Below, one piece after another: positions 19,314-28,371 of a stretch of DNA of 64,000 nt (position 1 is the first letter of the stretch; the number at the start of each line of letters is the position of its first letter). Source of the DNA: an uncultured bacterium (GTDB lineage Bacteria > Eisenbacteria > RBG-16-71-46 > CAIMUX01 > WJJG01); NCBI GenBank assembly GCA_964482205.1, contig CAYZWI010000004.1, forward strand, positions 67,913-131,912, written 5' to 3'. The notes beneath the pieces were generated by a model. That model was not told the DNA's origin and searched no databases. It saw only the letters and a program-made list of their open reading frames with translations. A program made the position numbers and the translations under genes.

Positions 19314-19694
19314 ATGATCGAGCGAATGCAAGTGTACAAGTGCGCCATTTGCGGAAACATTGTGGAGGTGCTTCACGCGGGGGGCGGAAGCCTCGTCTGT
19401 TGCGGACAGCCGATGACCGCGCTGGTGGAAAACACGGTCGACGCATCGCGCGAGAAGCATGTGCCGGTGATCACGCGCACCGCCAACGGCGTGAAGGTGG
19501 CGGTGGGCTGCGTTCCTCATCCGATGGAGGAAAAGCACTTCATCCAGTGGATCGAAGTCCTGGCCGAAGGCCGGGTGCACCGCCAGTTCCTGACGCCGGG
19601 CGCCAATCCCGAAGCATTCTTCGATGTCACCGCCGCCAAGTTGAGCGCGCGCGAATACTGCAATCTGCATGGGCTCTGGAGGGCCGACACCTAG
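19314..19694 (+). CDS. dfx: Desulfoferrodoxin (2Fe superoxide reductase)
   Basis: [34 protein letters not shown] is the desulforedoxin domain, and [19 protein letters not shown] is the SOR domain. An AGGAGG RBS sits 10 nt upstream. Confidence 0.9.
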   Translation: MIERMQVYKCAICGNIVEVLHAGGGSLVCCGQPMTALVENTVDASREKHVPVITRTANGVKVAVGCVPHPMEEKHFIQWIEVLAEGRVHRQFLTPGANPEAFFDVTAAKLSAREYCNLHGLWRADT

Positions 19695-19739
19695 CGCGGA
19701 TTCGTAGGGACCATCTTCGGCGACGGCTCATGGAGCTTC

Positions 19740-20282
19740 ATGACCGGAACGAGAGAGGAGAAGCGTACGATGAATCCCAGCCTGCAACGCATGGCCGACG
19801 GCCTGCGCAAAGCCATTCAGGCCGAACGGGAAGGGCAGCACTTCTACCGCATGGCCGCGCAGATCACGCAGGACGCGCAAGGCCGGAGCGTCTTCGAAGA
19901 ACTGGCCGAAGACGAGCGGATCCACGAGGAATTCCTGCGCCGGCACTACGACTCGGTGCTGAAGGACGGCCGGCTCGCATCCGGCGAGGCGCTCGTGGCG
20001 CCGGCTGCCGATCGCTTCGCCCATCCGATCTTCTCGGCCGATCTGCGCAAGCGCGCCGCGGGCGCTCACTATGAGATGACCGCCCTCTCGATCGGCATCC
20101 AACTCGAGGAATCGGCGGTGCGCTTCTACGAGGGCGAAGCCAAGGCTTGCGAGAATCCGGCCGCGAAGGAGTTCTACAAGACACTCGTGACTTGGGAGCA
20201 AGGCCATCTGTCGGCCTTGCAGCGCCAGGCCGATGCGATGAAGGAGGAGTACTGGGGAGCGACCGGCTTCGCACCTTTCTGA
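19740..20282 (+). CDS. Ferritin-like (erythrin/bacterioferritin-like) diiron protein
   Basis: AIQAEREGQHFYRMAA..EDERIHEEFL..ESAVRFYEGEA..WEQGHL four-helix-bundle ligand pattern. Confidence 0.7.
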   Translation: MTGTREEKRTMNPSLQRMADGLRKAIQAEREGQHFYRMAAQITQDAQGRSVFEELAEDERIHEEFLRRHYDSVLKDGRLASGEALVAPAADRFAHPIFSADLRKRAAGAHYEMTALSIGIQLEESAVRFYEGEAKACENPAAKEFYKTLVTWEQGHLSALQRQADAMKEEYWGATGFAPF

Positions 20283-20431
20283 GATGAGGAACCCCCAATC
20301 TCTTGTGCGATCCATAGGCCGGGCGCCCGCTGGCGTCGTTCGTCATTCGCTTGAATGCGCATGCCAAAGGGCGCGGGCGCACGTGCGAGCAGGACCACCG
20401 ACCTGATCACCGTGAAGAAAGGGACCCGATC

Positions 20432-20953
20432 ATGATCAACAAGAAAGTCCAGGATGCGTTCAATACGCAAATCGGCGAAGAGCTCGAATCGTCCTACCTG
20501 TATCTCGCCATGGTCGCCTACTTCGAGTCCGAAGGCCTCGGCGGCATGGCCCATTACATGCGCGCGCAGGCGACCGAGGAGTTGATCCACGCTCTGCGCT
20601 TCTTCGATCACATCGGCACGCGCGGCGGTCGCGCCGAGTTGCCGGGACTAAAGAAGCCGCAGGTGTCGTGGTCTTCTCCGCTCGAAGCGTTCAAGGCGGC
20701 GTACGCGCACGAGCAGTACATCACGAGCAAGATCCACGCCCTGGTGGATCTCGCCAGCGCGGAGAAGGACCACCCCGCGGTCGCGATGCTGCAATGGTTC
20801 GTGAACGAGCAGGTGGAAGAGGAAGAGTCGGCCCTGAAGGTGGTCGACACCCTCACGCGGATCGGAGATTCGGGACAAGCGCTCTTCATGCTCGATCGCG
20901 AACTGGGGACGCGCCCGATGCCGGTCACGCTGCCGGCGCCGGCCGCGGACTGA
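20432..20953 (+). CDS. ftn: Non-heme ferritin
   Basis: MINKKVQDAFNTQIGEELESSYLYLAMVAYF..EELIHALRFFDHI..AYAHEQYITSKIHALV. Confidence 0.85.
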   Translation: MINKKVQDAFNTQIGEELESSYLYLAMVAYFESEGLGGMAHYMRAQATEELIHALRFFDHIGTRGGRAELPGLKKPQVSWSSPLEAFKAAYAHEQYITSKIHALVDLASAEKDHPAVAMLQWFVNEQVEEEESALKVVDTLTRIGDSGQALFMLDRELGTRPMPVTLPAPAAD

Positions 20954-20979
20954 TCGCGCAGACCGCAATCCGGCGCTGT

Positions 20980-21972
20980 TTACAGAGAGACGAGCAGCGC
21001 TTGCGTTCCGGCGGCTCCAGCGGGGCCGCCGGATTTCGTTTCGGCCGGAGCGATCTCGCATGCCGGCAGGGCAGCGGGAAGAAGCGCGGTGCGCGCGCGG
21101 GATAGATGCAGTTCGAATGCGTCTCCCCGCAGAAGCAAGGGACCATCGAGAGCAAAGAGGATCCGCATGCTGCGCGGATCTTGCTCGATGCGCCAATGAT
21201 CGAGAATGCGTAGGCGATCGACTCGGAAATGCCGGCTCTTCACGAGCGACCATTGTTCGCCGCGCGCGTCGCTCGAAATGAGCGAGGGCTGGCTGCGCGC
21301 CGAGCCGCGGTCGGTCCAATCGATCGCGCGCAACCCTTCCTCGAGATGAAGCGGGCGAGTGGATCCATCCGCCCCGCGCCTGTTCCAATCGTGCAGCCGG
21401 AAGGTCGTGTTCGAATTCGTCTGCGCTTCAAAGAAGAGACACCCGGCGTCGGCCGCGTGTACGCGGCCTCCGGGAAGGAAGAAGGCATCGTGCGCGTGCG
21501 CGCGATGCGGGCGCAGCAGCGATTCGACGCGGCTCTCCTGCAAGGCCGCGCGCACGGTTTCCGGCGAGGCGCCCGGCTCGAAGCCGGCAAAGATGCGGCT
21601 TTCCTGCATGCCTTCGAGGCCATACCACATTTCGGTCTTCGGCTTGCCTTCCGCGCTTGCGTCGCCGGGATGAACTTGAAGGCTGATGCGTTCACGCACA
21701 TCGAGGATCTTGATCAGCAACGGAAAGGGCCCGGGAGGCGCTGTGGTTCCTGCGAGCAGCGGGCCGCATGCGGCGTGCAATTCTGAGAGGGTCTTTCCGC
21801 GCAAGGGCCCGCGGTCAACCACGCTCATCCCCTCTTCACGCGAAGCGAGTTCCCAGGATTCGGCCACGATCCCTTCGGGCAGCGCGCGCCCGAGCAGCGT
21901 TTCGATGCGCCGCCCTCCCCAGGGATAGTCTTTGTAGACCGGCGCGAAGGTCAGGGGTTCGCGAAGAGTCAT
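20980..21972 (-). CDS. manA: Mannose-6-phosphate isomerase, class I (cupin)
   Basis: YPWGGRRIETLLGR..FPLLIKILDVRERISLQVHPGD. Start taken at MTLREPL. Confidence 0.8.
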   Translation of the reverse strand: MTLREPLTFAPVYKDYPWGGRRIETLLGRALPEGIVAESWELASREEGMSVVDRGPLRGKTLSELHAACGPLLAGTTAPPGPFPLLIKILDVRERISLQVHPGDASAEGKPKTEMWYGLEGMQESRIFAGFEPGASPETVRAALQESRVESLLRPHRAHAHDAFFLPGGRVHAADAGCLFFEAQTNSNTTFRLHDWNRRGADGSTRPLHLEEGLRAIDWTDRGSARSQPSLISSDARGEQWSLVKSRHFRVDRLRILDHWRIEQDPRSMRILFALDGPLLLRGDAFELHLSRARTALLPAALPACEIAPAETKSGGPAGAAGTQALLVSL

Positions 21973-22164
21973 CACCGTTTCTTTCGAATTGGATTCCCTA
22001 TGCCCGCTCGACCGCTGGCGAATGCGACCGCGGCGCGCATTGTACGCGAACGGCCGGGCTCGCTCCAGCAAGCCGTTGCGCAGGCGCGGATGGCCGCCCG
22101 CGTGTGAATCTGCGGAGGCGGAGAGATAGAAGGCTAGGCGACGCAGCGCCCGCGCCGGGGTGTC

Positions 22165-23523
22165 TCACGCAGCGGCATGGCGATCGCTCTTCTCGTCGAG
22201 CCCGGTCTCCGCGCCGCCGGTGTTCGGCGTTTCCCATGCCCGCATGTCGTCTGGGCTTTCCCTTCCCGCCCAGGGCCGCTCTTCGCCATAGGCTTCGCTC
22301 AAGGTGTGGCGCGTGATGAGCGAGGGCTCTTCGGTCATGCGCGGGCCGAGCGCGAGGGCAAGGGCCTCGAGCAGGCGCGAGGCGCGAATGGGCTTCGTGA
22401 GGTAAGCCGAGACGCCGATCTGGCGGCAACGGGCCGCGTCTCCGCGCACGCCCGTCGAAGTGAGGAGGACGACGGTAGTGGCGGAAAGATCGTGGCGTTC
22501 CTTGATCTGTTGCGCGAGATCGAACCCCGCCGCGCCGGACATGCCGTCCTCGAGCACCACCAGCCCGAAGGGATCTTCGTTGGCCGCGGCGAGCGTGAGC
22601 TTCGCGAGCGCAGCCGCGGTGCTGCCCGCTTCGTCCACGACCACGCCCCAGCTTTCGAGAAAGCGGCGCAGAGTCTCGCGGCTTCCCGCGTGGGTGTCCA
22701 CCAGCAAAGCTTTCAACCCGCGCAGCACTCCCGGGAACACCGCGGCGTTCGATTGCGCGGGCTTCTGCCCCGCGCTCATCGTGACGAGCAGGCGCAACGA
22801 TTCCTGGCCCTCCGCTTCGCGATGCAGGCTGATGCCGCCGCCCATCATGCGCGCGATCCGCCGCGCAACGACGAGATTCAGCGGCACGGGAGTCTCTCTG
22901 TGGGCTTCCCCGCGCACCTTCCCGAGCGGCTCCAGGCCGGCGAGTCCCGCCTTCAGAAAAGGCGGCAGCGAGACCGCTCCGTTGCCCACCGCGCGAATGT
23001 CGAGCCCGACCGCATCGGCGCCCGCATTCTGCAGGGCGATGCGCAGCTGCACTTCTCCGGCGCGCGTCGCGCGAATCATGGTGAGTGTGAGATCGTAGAT
23101 CGCCTGCTTCAGTCTCCCCGGATCTCCGCGCAGCGTGGCCGGGATATCCGGATCGATCTCGCAACGCAGAGCGATCTTTTCCTGCTCGGCTTCGGCGGCC
23201 AGGGTCGTGCGCAGACTCTCGAGCGAGCCGCGCAAATCGAAGTCGATGGATTCGAGCGCGAGATCGCCTGCCTCCATGCGCGCGAGATCGAGGAGATCGT
23301 TGACGAGATGCGCAAGCGCGTTGCCGTGCGATTCCAGCGCGGCGATGAGCTCGCGCTGCTCGGAATTCACGGCCGATCCCCGCAGCAAATCCAGCGTGCC
23401 GAGAATGCCGTTCAACGGCACGCGCAACTCGCGGCTCACGCCGACGAGACAGGCCGGCGTCGCAAGACTCGGTTCGATGTCGGACGCTCGCGCGCCGCGC
23501 ATATCGGGATGGTCGGGGCTCAT
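22165..23523 (-). CDS. Hybrid sensor-kinase-like/response-regulator protein with a degenerate HisKA (H-box His replaced by Arg), a degenerate ATPase region and a C-terminal receiver domain
   Basis: VSRELRVPLNGILGTLDLL aligns with the canonical SHELRTPL. The REC domain KALLVDTHAGSRE..LVVLEDGMSG..LLTSTG..YLTKP is present. Confidence 0.6.
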   Translation of the reverse strand: MSPDHPDMRGARASDIEPSLATPACLVGVSRELRVPLNGILGTLDLLRGSAVNSEQRELIAALESHGNALAHLVNDLLDLARMEAGDLALESIDFDLRGSLESLRTTLAAEAEQEKIALRCEIDPDIPATLRGDPGRLKQAIYDLTLTMIRATRAGEVQLRIALQNAGADAVGLDIRAVGNGAVSLPPFLKAGLAGLEPLGKVRGEAHRETPVPLNLVVARRIARMMGGGISLHREAEGQESLRLLVTMSAGQKPAQSNAAVFPGVLRGLKALLVDTHAGSRETLRRFLESWGVVVDEAGSTAAALAKLTLAAANEDPFGLVVLEDGMSGAAGFDLAQQIKERHDLSATTVVLLTSTGVRGDAARCRQIGVSAYLTKPIRASRLLEALALALGPRMTEEPSLITRHTLSEAYGEERPWAGRESPDDMRAWETPNTGGAETGLDEKSDRHAAA

Positions 23524-23885
23524 GGACTTCCCTCCCCAGCGAGACTTTTCCCCAGCGGCTCTCCCGCATGCGAGACCCACGATGCGCAGGCCGCGGCGAC
23601 CTGCGCGCCGATCCGGCAGGATGTCTCGACGCGCGCACGGCCATGCGGCCGGCCTCAGCTCTTCGAGCCGCTATCATTAATAGGTATCGGCCGGGCGCCG
23701 AAGATGGTTGATCCACAGGGCCGCTCGAAAGGAGACGCTTGTGTGGAGAGAGCGGCCGGTGACGAGGAGGCGACGGCGCAAGCCCGACACAAAAACCGGC
23801 ATCGGAATGCCGCCCGAACTAGGGCTGGCCGCGCCCGGCGGGGACCCTTAGAATCGGCCGAGAAGCGCCATCAACGGAGGAACCC

Positions 23886-24995
23886 ATGCTCGGATCGACT
23901 CTTAGCCGTCCTTTGCGCGCCTTCGAAAAATCCCGAATCTTCGATCCACAAGGGGGCGCGGCCCTTTTCCGACCACTCGCCTTGCTCCTCACCGCCCTCC
24001 TGGTCGCCCTCGCGGCGTCGGGCTGCGGACAGAAGGAGGAGGGCCGCGGACGATCGGCGGACTCTCGGACTTCCGTCTCCGAGGCGGCCTCATCCGGGCA
24101 AGCCGAATCCCGGCCGGCCGACGCTGAGAGGCCGGCCTCGGATCGATCGGGCATTCGGCCGGTCATCGGAGTCTCGCTTCTCACGAGAACGCATCCCTTC
24201 TATCAGGATCTCGAGGCGGGCCTGCGCGCGGGCGCGGAGCAGAACGGCTACGATCTTCTCATCCAGGCGGGCGAGTTCGATGTCGCGCGACAAAAGGACC
24301 AGATCGACAACTACATCGTGCGCAAGGTGAGCGCGATCATCGTCTCGCCGTGCGACTCGAAGTCGATCGGCACTTCCATTCAGGCGGCGAATCGGGCGGG
24401 CATTCCCGTCTTCACCGCCGACATCGCGGTGCTCGCCGAGAATGCGCAAGTCGTCTGCCATGTGGCATCGGACAACGTCGCCGGTGGAAGGCTTGCCGCG
24501 AAAGCGCTCGCCGACGCCTTGGGAGGGCAAGGGCGCATCGCGATCATCGATCATCCGGAAGTCGAATCGGTCATCCAGCGCGTGCATGGTTTTGAAGAAG
24601 GCCTGGCCGCCTATCGCGACATGCGCATCGCCGCGAAGCTCTCGGGCCACGGCGTCAAGGACATGGCCTTTCGCACCGCGGAAGACATTCTGCAGGCGCA
24701 TCCCGATCTCGACGGAATCTTCGGGATCAATGATGACTCGGCCTTGGGCGCGCTGGCGGCGGTCGAGAAGGCGGGCAAGCTCGGACGCATCACGATCGTG
24801 GGATTCGACGCGGTTCCCGAGGCGCGCGCCGCGATTCGCGAGGGACGCATTCATGCGGATGTGATCCAGCAGCCCGAAGTCATCGGGCGGACCACGATGC
24901 AGGCGATCGCCGACTACATGGCGGGCAAGCAGGTGCCGCCGGAGATCTTGATTCCCTGCGAGCTCTTCACGCGCGAGACGGCCAAGGGATCGTGA
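23886..24995 (+). CDS. Sugar ABC transporter substrate-binding lipoprotein (RbsB/periplasmic binding protein family)
   Basis: Lipobox LAASGCG, and VIGVSLLTRTHPFYQDL..IVSPCDSKS..NDDSALGA. Confidence 0.8.
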   Translation: MLGSTLSRPLRAFEKSRIFDPQGGAALFRPLALLLTALLVALAASGCGQKEEGRGRSADSRTSVSEAASSGQAESRPADAERPASDRSGIRPVIGVSLLTRTHPFYQDLEAGLRAGAEQNGYDLLIQAGEFDVARQKDQIDNYIVRKVSAIIVSPCDSKSIGTSIQAANRAGIPVFTADIAVLAENAQVVCHVASDNVAGGRLAAKALADALGGQGRIAIIDHPEVESVIQRVHGFEEGLAAYRDMRIAAKLSGHGVKDMAFRTAEDILQAHPDLDGIFGINDDSALGALAAVEKAGKLGRITIVGFDAVPEARAAIREGRIHADVIQQPEVIGRTTMQAIADYMAGKQVPPEILIPCELFTRETAKGS

Positions 24996-26497
24996 TGACC
25001 GGGTTGCCGAACGGACAGACTCCCCCGCTCCTCGAGCTTCGCGCGATCGACAAGTCCTTTCCCGGCGTGCAGGCATTGCGCGCGGCCACGCTGGAAATCC
25101 GTTCGGGTGAGATCCACGCCCTGGTCGGCGAAAACGGCGCGGGCAAGAGCACGCTCATCAAAGTGGCGATGGGCGCGCACGCGCCCGACGCGGGCGAGAT
25201 TCTCCTTCGGGGAGAGCCCACCCGCGTGCGCCATCCGCGCGATGCGTTGCGTCACGGAATCGCGGCCATCTACCAGGAATTCAATCTCGTGCCGGCGCTC
25301 TCCGTGCGCGAGAACCTCTTTCTCGGCCGCGAGGGCGGGTGGTTTCGTCCTCTGCGCGCGCGCGAGGAAGACCGCCGCGCAAAAGAAATCCTCGACCGCC
25401 TGGGCGCCGATTTCGCAATCGAGGCTCCCGTCTCCGCGCTGTCCATCGCCCAACAGCAGCTCGTCGAAATCGCCCGCGCGCTGCTCGCCGACGCGCAGCT
25501 TCTGATCATGGACGAGCCCACCGCGCCGCTCACGCCGCGCGAGGTCGAGCGCCTCTTCGCGATTCTGGATGATCTTCGTCGCGCGGATCGCGGGATCCTC
25601 TTCATCAGCCATCGTCTCGAGGAAGTGCTGCGCATCGCCGACCGGATCACCGTGATGCGCGACGGCCTCACGCTGGGCACCTGGCCGCGGGCGGAGCACA
25701 CGCGCGAATCCTTGATCGAGAAGATGGTCGGCCGCCCGCTCGCGCAGGAGTTTCCGCCCCGCAAACGAACGCCCGGCCCCCCGCTTCTTTCGATCGAGAA
25801 CCTGCATGGCGGCCGCGTGCGCGGCGTCTCCTTGGAAGTGCGCCGCGGAGAAGTGCTCGGCATCGCCGGACTGGTCGGCGCCGGCCGCACGGATCTCGCG
25901 CGCATGATCTTCGGCGCGGATCCGAAGAGCGGCGGCATCGTGCGGCTGGAAGGCGCCACGCTCGACATCGCCTCTCCACGCGCGGCGGTGCGGCACGGCA
26001 TCGGACTTCTCACCGAGGATCGCAAGCGCCAGGGACTCGTGCTCGGGCTTTCGGCGCGCGAGAACTTCGCCTTGCCGAACCTCTCGCACTGGACGCGCTG
26101 GAGCTGGGTGCGCGAAAGCGAGGAGCGCCTGGCCTTCGCGCGCTATGTCGATCGCCTCGCGATTCGTCTGGCGAGCTCCGAACAGGCGGCGCAACATCTC
26201 TCGGGAGGCAATCAGCAGAAGCTCCTGATCGCGCGCTGGCTGGAGAACGATGCGCGTGTGCTGCTCTTCGACGAGCCCACGCGCGGCATCGATGTGGGCG
26301 CCAAGGTGGAGATGTATCGCCTGATCGACGAGCTCGCCGCGCGCGGCAAGGCGATCATGATGATCTCCTCCGAGCTTCCCGAAATCCTCGGGATGAGCGA
26401 TCGGATCGTGGTGATGCGCGACGGCCGGGTGACCGGCACGATCGACGATGTGGCGGCCGCGACCCAGGAGCAAGTGCTCGCTTTGGCGGTGGCATGA
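24992..26497 (+). CDS. Sugar ABC transporter ATP-binding protein (tandem ABC domains, RbsA-like)
   Basis: Two Walker A motifs (GENGAGKST and GLVGAGRTD) and LSGGNQQK signature motifs. Confidence 0.9.
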   Translation: MMTGLPNGQTPPLLELRAIDKSFPGVQALRAATLEIRSGEIHALVGENGAGKSTLIKVAMGAHAPDAGEILLRGEPTRVRHPRDALRHGIAAIYQEFNLVPALSVRENLFLGREGGWFRPLRAREEDRRAKEILDRLGADFAIEAPVSALSIAQQQLVEIARALLADAQLLIMDEPTAPLTPREVERLFAILDDLRRADRGILFISHRLEEVLRIADRITVMRDGLTLGTWPRAEHTRESLIEKMVGRPLAQEFPPRKRTPGPPLLSIENLHGGRVRGVSLEVRRGEVLGIAGLVGAGRTDLARMIFGADPKSGGIVRLEGATLDIASPRAAVRHGIGLLTEDRKRQGLVLGLSARENFALPNLSHWTRWSWVRESEERLAFARYVDRLAIRLASSEQAAQHLSGGNQQKLLIARWLENDARVLLFDEPTRGIDVGAKVEMYRLIDELAARGKAIMMISSELPEILGMSDRIVVMRDGRVTGTIDDVAAATQEQVLALAVA

Positions 26498-28029
26498 TGC
26501 GCGACGATTCAATAGATCCAGAGCATCCATCGAGGGATCCTCGAACGGACGCAGACAACGCTCCGGCAGGCGCGGGCGCCAATCGCGCAGGAGCGCCTCC
26601 CCGGCAGAGCGAGCGTTCCGCGAAGCGCGGCTCTCTTGGGGGCTTCCTTTCCCGCTTCCTTCGCCACTACGGCATGCTCGTGGTTCTCGTGCTGCTGGCG
26701 CTCTTCTTTTCCCTTGCGACATTGCGCGAGCAGGAGCCCACCGGGACCCAAGCGTCGCGCTCGCTCTTAGGCCGTCTTCCGCCGAGCGCCGACTCTCCGA
26801 ACGCGCCGCGCACGGTGCTGGTCATCGCGCGATCGAACACGGACGACGAACGCTTTCTCATGCAGTTCACGGCGGGGCTGCGCGCGCGCAAGTACCGCGA
26901 TGTGGTCGTGATCACCGGAGGGCCCGGTGAAGTGCGCGACGGCCTCGAACGCTGGGCCAACGCGGCCGCCATGCCGGCCGGGCGAGAAGCGGGCGGGATC
27001 GGCGCCGAAGGCGTCATCCTCGCGACCCTGCAAAGCTACGCGCCCGTCGTGCGCGGGGCGATCGCTGCGCTGCCCGCGCTCTCCTCCGCGCCCATCATCA
27101 CGCCCGCGACCTATCGTTGGCCGACATTCCTCCTGACCGAGAACCTCCTCAATGTCGCCAACCAGATCGCGGTCATCGCGATTCTCGCGATCGGCATGAC
27201 GATGGTCATCATCACCGGCGGCATCGATCTCTCGGTCGGCAGCTTGATTGCGCTCGCGGCCGTCATTGCGACGGGATTGATCGGAAACCTCGGCGCCGCC
27301 GCGGCAACGAACGCTTCGATGCTCGCCGCTTCCCTGGCGGCGATGCTCCTGTGCGGAGCGATCGGGATCTTCTCGGGGCTCGTCATCACGCGCTTTCGCG
27401 TGCCGCCCTTCATCGCGACCCTCGGGATGATGCAGGTCGCGAGCGGAATCGCCTACCTGCTCTCCCACGGCCGGCCCATCTACCAGGTGCCTGAGCGCTT
27501 CGTCGCCCTCGGCCGCGGAGTCGATCCGCTGATCGGGATTCCGTACGCAGTGCTATTGATGGCGGTCCTCTATGTGCTCGCCCATCTCCTCATGGCGCGC
27601 ACGCCGCTCGGCCGCTACATCTATGCGGTGGGCGGCAACGCGGAAGCGGCGCGCCTGTCGGGAGTGAATGTGCGCGGCGTCCTGATGTTCGTGTACATCG
27701 TCTCGGCGGTGCTCGCGGGCCTGGGCGGCGTGGTGATGGCGTCGCAACTCAAGAGCGGCGCGCCGACCTACGGACTCTCGTACGAGCTGTATGTGATCGC
27801 CGCGGTCGTCGTCGGGGGAACCAGCTTGAGCGGCGGCGAGGGCCGCATCTTCGGGACGCTGATCGGCGCTTTCATCATCGCGGTCATCCAGAATGGAATG
27901 AATCTCACGAATGTCGAGAGCTACACGCAGAAGGTGGTGCTGGGCCTCGTGATTCTTGGGGCGGTGCTTCTCGATCAGCTTCGTCATACCGGTTGGTTCC
28001 GGCTTCCCGGCCGCCGGCATCGCCCTTGA
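26494..28029 (+). CDS. Sugar ABC transporter permease (RbsC-like) with an unusual N-terminal extension of about 200 aa
   Basis: The permease core runs from TYRWPTFLLTENLLNVANQ and has the AYLLSHGRPIYQVP EAA-like loop. The N-terminus carries one TM segment plus a soluble domain. Confidence 0.8.
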   Translation: MMRDDSIDPEHPSRDPRTDADNAPAGAGANRAGAPPRQSERSAKRGSLGGFLSRFLRHYGMLVVLVLLALFFSLATLREQEPTGTQASRSLLGRLPPSADSPNAPRTVLVIARSNTDDERFLMQFTAGLRARKYRDVVVITGGPGEVRDGLERWANAAAMPAGREAGGIGAEGVILATLQSYAPVVRGAIAALPALSSAPIITPATYRWPTFLLTENLLNVANQIAVIAILAIGMTMVIITGGIDLSVGSLIALAAVIATGLIGNLGAAAATNASMLAASLAAMLLCGAIGIFSGLVITRFRVPPFIATLGMMQVASGIAYLLSHGRPIYQVPERFVALGRGVDPLIGIPYAVLLMAVLYVLAHLLMARTPLGRYIYAVGGNAEAARLSGVNVRGVLMFVYIVSAVLAGLGGVVMASQLKSGAPTYGLSYELYVIAAVVVGGTSLSGGEGRIFGTLIGAFIIAVIQNGMNLTNVESYTQKVVLGLVILGAVLLDQLRHTGWFRLPGRRHRP

Positions 28030-28371
28030 AGGCGCGGGCGCGCAAATGGCGAAGTGCCCGCCATGAAGAAGCACGCGCGGCGGGCGCTTCGTGGTTTCTT
28101 GCAGAGAAGGAAGATGCAAGCCTGGACTGGTCAGAACGCCATCCTTGGCGTATCTTTCGGACACGATTCCGGTTGCCGGCCTTGGCAGGAAGGAGCGGCC
28201 GTTCCGCATCAGGCATGGCGACGAGAAGCCGGCTTGTGAGTCCATTTCCTGCGCGCCTCATAGAAAGCGGGCAGGAATTCTTGGAGAGCGTGTCGCCGGA
28301 TGACTCCGCCTCCATGTCAGCAAAATGACATGGTTCTCGTCGGGCAGGAACCTAGGAAAAGGGGTCAAATC

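Noticed and set aside
21998-24330. ORFs 21998-23716 (minus, 572 aa) and 22177-24330 (plus, 717 aa)
   Set aside because: Their translations are Arg-rich with no motifs. They overlap the well-supported hybrid kinase gene in other frames.
24914-26722. The 602 aa minus-strand ORF
   Set aside because: It is antisense to the ABC ATPase gene, which has Walker and signature motifs.
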